Virus record (IMG/VR): IMGVR_UViG_3300043432_000485
Span: 1 to 64,000 of that record
DNA length: 64,000 bases
DNA from: a virus
Taxonomy: Duplodnaviria > Caudoviricetes
Strand: one strand, 5' to 3'
The translations under genes and the position numbers were made by a program. This document shows positions 27,826 to 35,871 of the stretch, one piece after another. The notes below the pieces were generated by a model. That model saw only the letters and a list, made by a program, of their open reading frames with translations. It did not search any database and was not told the DNA's origin. Position 1 is the stretch's first letter, and each line of letters opens with the position of its first letter.

Positions 27826-28989
27826 TCACCCGGCGGAGACTCGTTCCTCCACCAGACGTTCCAGCCTCTCCGGTTCACTGAGGAGGCTTGGGTCTTCCAA
27901 CAGCAGCGCCCGCGCGTGTTGGATCACTCGGCCCCGAGCCGCACCCTTGAGGCCATGCAGCTCGAAGATGCGCTCTTGGTTGATCGCTGGTTGCTTCAGG
28001 GCGCCCACGAAAGGTACCTCGAAGCTGGCAGGGTTGGACCACAACACTTCCCGGAGCCGGCCGCGTTCCGCGGCGCTCAAGAAGGATACCGGGGTCTTCA
28101 ACCCCCAGCCCAGCTCGATCAGATCCAGGACCACATGGATGTTGAGTCCAGGCAGCGCTCGACCAACGCCGGTCGCGAAACCTGGTTCGGCGGCCAGCAT
28201 GTCTTGGATGACGGGAGCCAGCCCGAAGTCCTTGAGCAGGACAACGCTGTGGCGCGGGTTAGGCGCTTCCAGGATGTCCTCCACCAGGATCTTGCGTACT
28301 GCATCCCACGGCATTTGAGCCAGCTTGTGGGCGTTCCTGCGAATCGCCGCGGCGGTGTCCGCGTGCGGCTTCAGGCCGTACTTGGCTTCGAACTTGATTG
28401 CCCGGATCATCCGCGTAGGGTCATCCGAGAAGGTCTTGTCCGGGTCCACCGGGGTGACCAGCTCGCGATTGGTGAGGTGCTGCACCCCGACTCCCAGCAA
28501 ATCGAGCACGGGCGCCTCAGCGGGGCCGTTTCCCAGGTCCGCCAGACGCCACAGCAGCGTGTTGCAGGTGAATTCGCGCCGCAGCAAATCCTCTTCGATG
28601 GTGGCCGGTTCGACCATGTGGGGCTTGTAGCCCTTGCCCTCGGGAGCGCCATAGCTCTCTCGGCGAGCATTCGCGATCTCCAGGACTTCGCCCTTCAAGT
28701 CATGGCCGTCCAGAACCCACGAATCGGCCACTGTCACGATTGCCACCCCGTATTGGTTGGTCACGAGACTGGCGCGAGCGGGAATCCTGGTCAGCAACTT
28801 CTTGGCGAACCATGCTGAATCCTTGTGGGGACCGAGCCCGATTGAGTCCACTACCAGGTCGAAGTCCTTTGGGTCCAGGCCCATCAGGTGGTTCCGGACT
28901 GCCCCGCCAACTACGTACGAGTGCTCGGCCGCGCCAATTTCCTTAGCGAAACCAACCAAGAACTTCAGTAGGGATTCAACTTTCGACAT
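27826..28989 (-). CDS. cca: CCA-adding/poly(A) polymerase class II nucleotidyltransferase without HD domain
   Basis: YVVGGAVRN..PKDFDLVV (DxD), EIANARRE, EEDLLRREFTCN, DDPTRMIRAIKF. Confidence 0.88.
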   Translation of the reverse strand: MSKVESLLKFLVGFAKEIGAAEHSYVVGGAVRNHLMGLDPKDFDLVVDSIGLGPHKDSAWFAKKLLTRIPARASLVTNQYGVAIVTVADSWVLDGHDLKGEVLEIANARRESYGAPEGKGYKPHMVEPATIEEDLLRREFTCNTLLWRLADLGNGPAEAPVLDLLGVGVQHLTNRELVTPVDPDKTFSDDPTRMIRAIKFEAKYGLKPHADTAAAIRRNAHKLAQMPWDAVRKILVEDILEAPNPRHSVVLLKDFGLAPVIQDMLAAEPGFATGVGRALPGLNIHVVLDLIELGWGLKTPVSFLSAAERGRLREVLWSNPASFEVPFVGALKQPAINQERIFELHGLKGAARGRVIQHARALLLEDPSLLSEPERLERLVEERVSAG

Positions 28990-29109
28990 GATGCCCGCTC
29001 TAACCTTAGAGTACCACGGTGGCCGGTAAACGCCAAGGGATTCGTTCCGTTGGCGTCAAATCTTTCACACCACGGCTTTCTTCTCCGGCGGTGTAAGTCT
29101 TAAGAACGC

Positions 29110-29547
29110 ATGGCCTATCAGCTCCGCCAAATCAACGAAACCGTCCGCACGAAAGCCGAGTTGGGACGAAAGGACTTCATTGCTCCGCGCGCCAACAAAG
29201 CGGCGCGACGGGCCAATGCCCCCGGGTACATCACGGCGCTACTCGGTCAGAGCTACTTGGTCATACACGAAGGGACCACTACCCCAGCGGTCTACACGGA
29301 AGAGGAGGTGGAATCTGAAACAGCAGCATACTGGAAAGTAACCCATAACGCATTCGGTCTTCCCTACTGCAAGGAAGTCGCCACTTACGGAGAAGCTGAG
29401 GTCTATGTGGAATCTCTGGACATCTCCGACGGTGTGGCCGAGCCAGTGATAGAAGGCCCCTTTTACTCAGACAAGCCCTTGGTTGAAGGACCCAGGGCTA
29501 CTCAGGATCTATTCGATCACCTGTTGGAAGACAGTGACGAATTATGA
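29110..29547 (+). CDS. Hypothetical protein ending LFDHLLEDSDEL
   Basis: GGTGTA motif upstream. Confidence 0.65.
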   Translation: MAYQLRQINETVRTKAELGRKDFIAPRANKAARRANAPGYITALLGQSYLVIHEGTTTPAVYTEEEVESETAAYWKVTHNAFGLPYCKEVATYGEAEVYVESLDISDGVAEPVIEGPFYSDKPLVEGPRATQDLFDHLLEDSDEL

Positions 29548-29813
29548 CAAGAGACGAAAACATGAAAACACAAGAAAAGCTATGTGCGTTCGGGTGTGGC
29601 AAGGAAGTCCACAACGGACGCAGGCTGTGCAAGGAACACCTCGAACACCAAAAGAACAAGATGGCTGCTTACCGGGCCAAACGTAAGAAATTGATGCTAT
29701 GCTCAAGATGCCCCAACGCTGCTCGGATTCTGCCGGACGGCTCGGCCAGCACTCTGTGTGATCAGTGCAGGGCTCATGTCAGGACACTGGAAGCACAGGG
29801 CGCGGAAGCTTGA
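29544..29813 (+). CDS. Cys-rich zinc-binding protein
   Basis: CAFGC, LCKEH, CSRC, LCDQC. Confidence 0.65.
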   Translation: MTRDENMKTQEKLCAFGCGKEVHNGRRLCKEHLEHQKNKMAAYRAKRKKLMLCSRCPNAARILPDGSASTLCDQCRAHVRTLEAQGAEA

Positions 29814-29814
29814 C

Positions 29815-30309
29815 ATGAAAATCCAGCAAGTCAAAGACGGCCATTGGGAGCGGGCCGAGAAATTATGGCAGCTGCTAGACGACATTGATACCCTCGACGA
29901 TGCGTGCCGCGCCGATGATCGACAGTTCCGGGATCGCGTGCGCTCCGTTCAACAGAAACGCTTTGGAATCTTGACCTCTGACGGGTACGAACTCTACGTG
30001 CCGGATGAACCCATGACCCCTACAAACCAAGCCGCTAACCAAGAAGCCACAACCATCGACGAGAAAATGCTCTTGCTGTCGATGGTGCAGGCAGTCGTCC
30101 GCCAACCGGAGAAGGTAGCCATCTCCACAACCCGAGGACGGGACGTCTCAGTCCTGACCATCTCTGTCGATCCTCAGGACATCAGTCACGTGATCGGCAA
30201 AGAGCACCGTACCATTCAAGCTTTGACCCATCTGATCGCCAAGTCTGCGGCGATGGTTGGCCGCCGCGTGCTGGTCAACCTGGACATACAAAACGACCCT
30301 GAGGTTTAG
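29815..30309 (+). CDS. KhpA-like KH-domain protein with N-terminal extension
   Basis: VRQPEKV..LTISVDPQDISHVIGKEHRTIQAL. Confidence 0.75.
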   Translation: MKIQQVKDGHWERAEKLWQLLDDIDTLDDACRADDRQFRDRVRSVQQKRFGILTSDGYELYVPDEPMTPTNQAANQEATTIDEKMLLLSMVQAVVRQPEKVAISTTRGRDVSVLTISVDPQDISHVIGKEHRTIQALTHLIAKSAAMVGRRVLVNLDIQNDPEV

Positions 30310-30312
30310 ACC

Positions 30313-31020
30313 GTGGCCCGCGTTCCAAAAAGTAGGGCGTTAGAGAGAGTATGCCACTGCGGAAAGGCCTTCACTGCTGATGCCACTAGGGTATCCAGAA
30401 AGGACTTCTATTGCTGCAGTTTGGGGTGCCGAAAAACTGCTCCTTTACCAGCAGAGCTTCTGCTAACGGAATATCTATGTCCTCGTTGCAGTAGGCCATC
30501 CTTGGGCTCCAACTTCGAGTGGTACCGAGACGTAAGGTACAGCGCGGGCTGGAGAAGGTTTGGGTACTGCTATCCTTGTGGGATCATGCGGAGCCAAGTG
30601 TACTATTCTGAACACACAGAAGAAGCTAAAGCTCAGCACACCAAATGGCGAAGGTCTCATTTAGGTAGTCAGGATGATGCCAGTCTGCGTTTTTGGTTTG
30701 CAAGGCAGCTCGGTGGTTACCGGAAGAGAGCCAGAGACGCTGGTTTCCCATTCGATCTCAACATTGAACATTTGAGCAACCTCTATCTGATTCAAAACGG
30801 GGAATGTTACTATACAAAAGAGAAATTGGTGTGGAATAACCCCGAGATCCGCCCCAACTCGATGTCAGTAGATCGTCGAATACCCGAGCTTGGGTATGTA
30901 GTAGGCAATGTCGTACTTTGTACTTTCAGAACCAATACCATGAAGGGTGCTCTATCGGAGAGTGCCTTCTACGAGGAATGTGCCCTCATCTTAGAGAAGA
31001 AGCAGGAGGCCGGACGATGA
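30313..31020 (+). CDS. His-Me finger homing endonuclease
   Basis: CYYT..SVDR..PELGYVVGNVVLC...N; lower GC. Confidence 0.75.
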   Translation: MARVPKSRALERVCHCGKAFTADATRVSRKDFYCCSLGCRKTAPLPAELLLTEYLCPRCSRPSLGSNFEWYRDVRYSAGWRRFGYCYPCGIMRSQVYYSEHTEEAKAQHTKWRRSHLGSQDDASLRFWFARQLGGYRKRARDAGFPFDLNIEHLSNLYLIQNGECYYTKEKLVWNNPEIRPNSMSVDRRIPELGYVVGNVVLCTFRTNTMKGALSESAFYEECALILEKKQEAGR

Positions 31021-31877
31021 CTACCATCTTGTGGATCACGGACCCACACTTGAATTTCCTCAGGGCCACGGAAATGGCAAGAATGTTCGGGGAGTGTGTT
31101 CGTGAAGAGCACATATTCGATAGAGTTGTAATCACCGGGGATATCGCTGAGGCCCATAGCGTTAAGCCCCTTCTGAATCTATTTGCCCAGGGAGTTGGAA
31201 AGGACAAACCCGTTGCGGTTGTCCTTGGTAATCATGATCATTATGGGGGATCAATTGCCTCTGTGAACAAAGAGATGTGCTCAGGATTGGCGGACAACCT
31301 CACATGGCTCGATACCGCTGGTCCGATCCTGTTGGATGACGACACGGCCTTGGTCGGCAAGTACGCATGGTATGACGCACTGCTTGGTGACTGCATCAAG
31401 TCCAATGTGATGCTGCATGACTTCAAGGCCGTGGCTGAATTTCGTGCCGTATTTAATGAGTACGATTGGGAATTCGAGGCTAGACAGGGGAGTCGAAACC
31501 CCCTGTTACGGAGGCTTCGGAACCTAGCGATCGACTCAGCCACCATTGCCAAGAAGAACCTGGAGGAGGCGCTCAAGGTTCGGAAGCATGTGGTGTTCGC
31601 CACGCATATCCCGCCGTTCGCTGGGGCTTGCTGGCATGAAGGCAAGCTGTCCGATGACCAGTGGATGCCTTGGTTCACCTGTTTGACGATGGGCAAGATG
31701 CTAGCCAATACAGCGGAGCGGCACCCGGACTGCAAGATTCTAGTTCTATGCGGGCACACACATAGCCCGGGGCTCTACCAGCATGCCCCCAACCTGAGAG
31801 TGATCACAGGCAAGGCTCGCTACGGTGCCCCGGACGTCGCTGGATTGATTGATCCTACAGCTTTTGAGGGTTGGTGA
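31017..31877 (+). CDS. Calcineurin-like metallophosphoesterase (Icc/CpdA-like)
   Basis: TDPH, TGDI, GNHD, THIPP, GHTH. Confidence 0.85.
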   Translation: MTTILWITDPHLNFLRATEMARMFGECVREEHIFDRVVITGDIAEAHSVKPLLNLFAQGVGKDKPVAVVLGNHDHYGGSIASVNKEMCSGLADNLTWLDTAGPILLDDDTALVGKYAWYDALLGDCIKSNVMLHDFKAVAEFRAVFNEYDWEFEARQGSRNPLLRRLRNLAIDSATIAKKNLEEALKVRKHVVFATHIPPFAGACWHEGKLSDDQWMPWFTCLTMGKMLANTAERHPDCKILVLCGHTHSPGLYQHAPNLRVITGKARYGAPDVAGLIDPTAFEGW

Positions 31878-32053
31878 TCGGCCCATACAAAGCCGAATAC
31901 CGGTGCTGTCAATGCCAACACCGGTTCGACATCATGCAGGGGCCAGGGAGTGATCCACACAGTCACGCTGTTTGCCCGAAGTGCGGCCATCTCTGGGTGG
32001 AGTGGCTCAACTTCCGGCAGCTCGCCAAGGCGCGTGGTTGGCTCAAGCTTTGA
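31871..32053 (+). CDS. Small zinc-ribbon protein
   Basis: CCQC and CPKC. Confidence 0.55.
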   Translation: MVIGPYKAEYRCCQCQHRFDIMQGPGSDPHSHAVCPKCGHLWVEWLNFRQLAKARGWLKL

Positions 32054-32696
32054 GGCGTTGCTCGATCATGGCCTTCACGCGGCCATACACGGCTCCGTAC
32101 TGATGCATCTCGTTGCAGAGGATGCGCTTCGACCAGCGACCAATCTCGCGGTCAACGGCGCCCTTGAATGGCCAAGAGAAGTAGTACTCGGAACCCGTAA
32201 AGCTCTCGGCGATTCGAGCCTTCTCAGCCTGGGGGATCCCACTGCGGCCGTACCAGAATATGACCGCCATAGACATCGCGTAGCCGCGCATCTCGGACTC
32301 TTTACGCCACGGAGCCGGAAGGGGGAGGAGGCATACGAGGGCCAGAAGAGGCCACCAGCTCCAAAGTACCGGTGCCAGGAGCGCGAGCAGGGCTAAGCCT
32401 TGGGGCATCACGTAGCCAAGCATGAACAGGGCCTTGTTCTCCCGGTAGTCGTTGGCGTGCACGCATTCATGGGCCAGTACTGACCAGGAATGGTGGTAGT
32501 TGTTCGCTACCCCTTCCCTGGTGGGGAAGTAGACGGTTTCCCCGATGGTGGTCACGAACCCTCGCATGAAGTCCCGGTTGAAGAACATCAGCGCCCCGAT
32601 CAGCTTCATCAGCCAGGACTCGTTTTTGTACCTGACCGTCACTCCCTCCGAACGTGCCAGGTCTTCGAACATCGCTTTGTGGTCAAAATCTGCCAT
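32043..32696 (-). CDS. Membrane-associated zincin (DUF4157-like)
   Basis: FVTTIGETVYFP, HECVH, TM helix, downstream E.RGY. Confidence 0.65.
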   Translation of the reverse strand: MADFDHKAMFEDLARSEGVTVRYKNESWLMKLIGALMFFNRDFMRGFVTTIGETVYFPTREGVANNYHHSWSVLAHECVHANDYRENKALFMLGYVMPQGLALLALLAPVLWSWWPLLALVCLLPLPAPWRKESEMRGYAMSMAVIFWYGRSGIPQAEKARIAESFTGSEYYFSWPFKGAVDREIGRWSKRILCNEMHQYGAVYGRVKAMIEQRLKA

Positions 32697-32770
32697 CACG
32701 CACCTCAAAAGTTGCTAACCCATACCAGAGGCTCAACACAAATGGGTAAGTCATCGGTGTAGTAAAGGCA

Positions 32771-33109
32771 ATGGAAATCGACAAGAGGGACGAGACAATC
32801 GCGATCCTCAGGGAAGCTCTGCGGTTCTACGCGGCCCCAGGGAACTACCACGCCATCAGCTTCATGTTCGACCGGCCGTGCGGAGGCTTCGCGGACGACT
32901 TCAGCAAGGACCATGGAGACGAGTTCTACCGCCGTAGGATGCCCGGGGCTCTAGCCCGCCGGGTGCTCCGGGAGAGCGACAGCGGGGTACTTTCACCGGT
33001 CCAATGCGAGGCCCACGGAATACCACTCAGGGTCGAGCCTCAGCTCTTCTGTGACAAGTGCACCGAGGAAGCTTTAGGGGACGAGGAAGCGAGCAGCGAC
33101 TCGCTCTGA
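32771..33109 (+). CDS. Hypothetical protein
   Basis: GGTGTA motif 11 nt spacing. Confidence 0.65.
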   Translation: MEIDKRDETIAILREALRFYAAPGNYHAISFMFDRPCGGFADDFSKDHGDEFYRRRMPGALARRVLRESDSGVLSPVQCEAHGIPLRVEPQLFCDKCTEEALGDEEASSDSL

Positions 33110-34111
33110 AGCTGTCTTCTCTTTGGGCTTCTTCTCGGACTCATCGTCCCCGCCCTTCATCTCGTTGAGGATCTTGGTCAGGTCCTCATCCGAGAGGTCC
33201 TCTTCCAAGGTTTTAGCAACGGCTGCCAGGATGAAGTTGGTCATGACCTCTTCCGGGTTCGCGCCCTTCTTACCCTCTTCCGAGGCGAAGTGCTCCATTA
33301 GGTGAGCGATGCCGTGCCCAACGTGGCCTAGCTCGTCCATTACGTGGAGGTGGCCCATGGACTTGTGCACGGATTTAGCCGCGATGTGCCGGGCCAGACC
33401 CTTGGCAAATATACCGGCGGCCCCAAGAGGTCCCGTCGCCGTGAGAGCTGCCGCTGCACCTCCGATAGCCAGATGCGTAGCAACCGCTCTGAAGGCGTGC
33501 TTCTGGTGCTTGGTCATCTTGCCGCCGGATAGCACTGACTTCACGCCAGCCGCTGCATCCTTGAACTCCTTGACCTCATGCTTGGCCGTATCAACCAAGT
33601 TGTCGAGCATCTTCTTGGGGGTCTTGGCTAGGTGAGAACCTGCTTCCTTCAGGGTGTTCTTGCGGAACTCATGATCCCCCAAGAAGCTCTTGATAGCTTT
33701 GGGGGCCGACTTCGCAAATGACTGAGCGGCATCAGACAGCCCCTTCAAGGTGTCCTTCCATGTCTCCAAACGGCCCGGCTTCGCACCCTTGGGGGCCTCA
33801 TGCTCGTCATGATCCCCGTGCTCGTCATGATGGGGCTTCTTAGCTTCTGGCTTCTTAGCTTCTGGCTTTGGAGCCTTGGGCTCTTCCTTCTTGACCTCCG
33901 GCTTGGGTGCTGGAGGCACTTGCTTCTTCTTGGCAGCGTCCGGGATTGGCGGGGGCTGTTTCTTGCCTGGCCCACCCGGCTTCTTTACAGTGTGCTTGGC
34001 CTTATCCGCGTCCGGATGCTCCTTCAGGTATTCCCTGAGAGCTTCGGGAGATGTGAATTCCTTAGCCTGTCGGGTCGCCCTCTGGACAACCCTCTCTGTA
34101 AGACTCGCCAT
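33074..34111 (-). CDS. Probable virion-associated protein with RVAARF motif and P/K/E-rich linker
   Basis: KEFTSPEALREYLKEHPDAD, PEAKK repeats, hydrophobic hairpin, C-terminal KTASERVAARFL. Confidence 0.6.
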   Translation of the reverse strand: MASLTERVVQRATRQAKEFTSPEALREYLKEHPDADKAKHTVKKPGGPGKKQPPPIPDAAKKKQVPPAPKPEVKKEEPKAPKPEAKKPEAKKPHHDEHGDHDEHEAPKGAKPGRLETWKDTLKGLSDAAQSFAKSAPKAIKSFLGDHEFRKNTLKEAGSHLAKTPKKMLDNLVDTAKHEVKEFKDAAAGVKSVLSGGKMTKHQKHAFRAVATHLAIGGAAAALTATGPLGAAGIFAKGLARHIAAKSVHKSMGHLHVMDELGHVGHGIAHLMEHFASEEGKKGANPEEVMTNFILAAVAKTLEEDLSDEDLTKILNEMKGGDDESEKKPKEKTASERVAARFLVP

Positions 34112-34118
34112 GTCTTGG

Positions 34119-34628
34119 CTATTTCATCGAAGGAACCTCGGAACGCTCGCGAGCCCGGATGAACATCAGCATCCTCCCGAGTTTGTTAAGCCCAGTCCCG
34201 TTCTTGCCGGAACCCCAGTAAGCATCTTTGGGGGCGTTCTCGATCAGCTCGACATCCCCGGTGTCGAGCAGTTTACTGCGCAGTTCTCTTCTCTGAGAGA
34301 ACTTGTGCGTCAGACCCATGAACATCATGTGGTCCTTGGTCAGGTCCAGCATGTAGCCATGCTGATCCCGGAACATCTCACGAAGCGCCGGGGTCCCCAC
34401 CTCGTCTTCCCAATCTGGGCGGCATTCAATCTGCCCGCCCCAGCGCTTGGCTATCCCCGGGGTGAGCGCGCTGCGGATCTGCAGTTGCACTGCCGGGTCA
34501 TCGCTCTTCATGCTCTGGTAGAAGTGCTCAACCGAAGGGTACTGAATGCCCTGGACCTCGAAGATTGCCCCGAAGAAGTTGGACAGGTACCCGTTAGGAC
34601 CCCGGTTGCTGTAGAACTTGAGAGTCAT
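34119..34628 (-). CDS. NADAR-family hydrolase
   Basis: FY..YLSNF, SVEHFYQ..K, KFSQ, LL.TGD..LIE..P.D.YWG.G..G.G.N.LG..LM..R. Confidence 0.92.
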   Translation of the reverse strand: MTLKFYSNRGPNGYLSNFFGAIFEVQGIQYPSVEHFYQSMKSDDPAVQLQIRSALTPGIAKRWGGQIECRPDWEDEVGTPALREMFRDQHGYMLDLTKDHMMFMGLTHKFSQRRELRSKLLDTGDVELIENAPKDAYWGSGKNGTGLNKLGRMLMFIRARERSEVPSMK

Positions 34629-34948
34629 GCCCACACTCGAATCTGGGCATTGGGATTCTCTATGCAAGCCTCTAGAACTCTAGTCACAAAGTCCACCAAC
34701 CCGTCGTAGGTTCCCCACCCATTCTCGGGGTCCATGGCTTTGAACCTCTCTGGTTCTGCCTTGAGTAGCGCGAGTCCCCTCTCTAGAGTCGTGATGGCGT
34801 CACCGGCCAGTTTGAATGCATTCTCGTCCGGGCGCCAAAGTACCTCGTACAATCCTGCCTCCTTGGCCATGCCAGCAAGATTGTGGGTGACGTTACCGCT
34901 GAACACCTGGGTGGGGCGCATCTCTTCGAGGTAGAAATCTAGGCTCAT
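34625..34948 (-). CDS. Conserved phage hypothetical protein
   Basis: NVTHNL..MA.EAG, PENGWG.Y pattern. Confidence 0.7.
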   Translation of the reverse strand: MSLDFYLEEMRPTQVFSGNVTHNLAGMAKEAGLYEVLWRPDENAFKLAGDAITTLERGLALLKAEPERFKAMDPENGWGTYDGLVDFVTRVLEACIENPNAQIRVWA

Positions 34949-35517
34949 GTCCGGCTCTCCTGGGCTGCCCAGTCTGAAGTGAATGGGGTTGGGTCGTTGG
35001 CAAGTAGTCTCAGCTCATTCAGGTACTGAGGGTCCGAAAACTGTCCCACGAACGGAGCCACCGAGAATGGTTTGCTTCGATGGTGAACCGGAATGCTCAC
35101 GGTGGGGGTTCCTTGTGCGCATGGCGGGAAGGTCAGGGTCGCCCCGAGCTTAGCGGTACGAAGCAGGGACAGCAATCCGGGCTCCTCTTCCATACCCTCA
35201 GGCCACCCATGGTCCTTGTATGGCCAGACTCTGCCATCCCAACCCAAATCCTCCAAGAAGAGGCAAACCTGCCGATCACTCTTGGGTGTGATCGGCAAGC
35301 CCATCGTCAGGCCGCCGATCGCCTTGATGCCCCCTTGTTCCAAGACCGTGAGCTGAAGCCCTAGCACGGGCCAGTTGGCTTTGCGTTGCTTGATCCACCC
35401 CAGCAGCGCGAAGGCGTGGTAACGACCCAAAGGGAACTTCCCATGCGAGACTGAAGCGGTGGGTACATCCTGCACCCCCCAAGCCTGGATGTAGTCCTTG
35501 GTTTGTTGATCGGTCAC
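34945..35517 (-). CDS. Hypothetical protein
   Basis: GGTGTA motif 11 nt spacing. Confidence 0.65.
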   Translation of the reverse strand: MTDQQTKDYIQAWGVQDVPTASVSHGKFPLGRYHAFALLGWIKQRKANWPVLGLQLTVLEQGGIKAIGGLTMGLPITPKSDRQVCLFLEDLGWDGRVWPYKDHGWPEGMEEEPGLLSLLRTAKLGATLTFPPCAQGTPTVSIPVHHRSKPFSVAPFVGQFSDPQYLNELRLLANDPTPFTSDWAAQESRT

Positions 35518-35532
35518 CTCTCCTATTACACC

Positions 35533-35570
35533 AAAACGAAGGGGCCAGAAGCTTGCGCTCCCAGCCCCTC
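35533..35570 (-). terminator. Rho-independent terminator
   Basis: GAGGGGCTGGGAGC-GCAA-GCTTCTGGCCCCTTC hairpin followed by GTTTT. Confidence 0.75.
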
Positions 35571-35590
35571 TTGGGTGTCACTCAGTCAGA

Positions 35591-35833
35591 TCACTGACTG
35601 CCGTCGTTGCAATCCGGGAGCCCGTCGCCCGCTCCCGTGGAGCAGTCCTCGAATCCGGTATCCGTGAGGGTGCACGAATCGGTGTCGGTCTGATCCGCGG
35701 AGTCCAGGACGCCGTCACCGTCCTTGTCCCCGTTGGTTGCACAAGCGGGAAGGCTGGTGTCGGCGAACCCGATAGCCGGGAACGAGAGCGCAAGCGCGCC
35801 AAGTAGAACGAACGTTGCTGTTAGCTTTTTCAT
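35591..35833 (-). CDS. Small secreted protein with TSP3-like Ca-binding motif
   Basis: Signal peptide; DKDGDGVLDSAD. Confidence 0.7.
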   Translation of the reverse strand: MKKLTATFVLLGALALSFPAIGFADTSLPACATNGDKDGDGVLDSADQTDTDSCTLTDTGFEDCSTGAGDGLPDCNDGSQ

Positions 35834-35871
35834 GGTTGTTGATTCCTTGAGAGTTGGCTGTTGGTGATGGC

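Noticed and set aside
27916-28818. 300-aa plus-strand ORF, and similar long antisense ORFs (33876..34709, 11365..11925, 5773..6252)
   Set aside because: These are shadow frames opposite clearly recognisable genes in GC-rich sequence.
33760-33960. Near-repeats encoding KPEAKK and HDEH units, and the KPAPA tail at 54270-54420
   Set aside because: These are ordinary low-complexity protein linkers, not DNA repeat elements.
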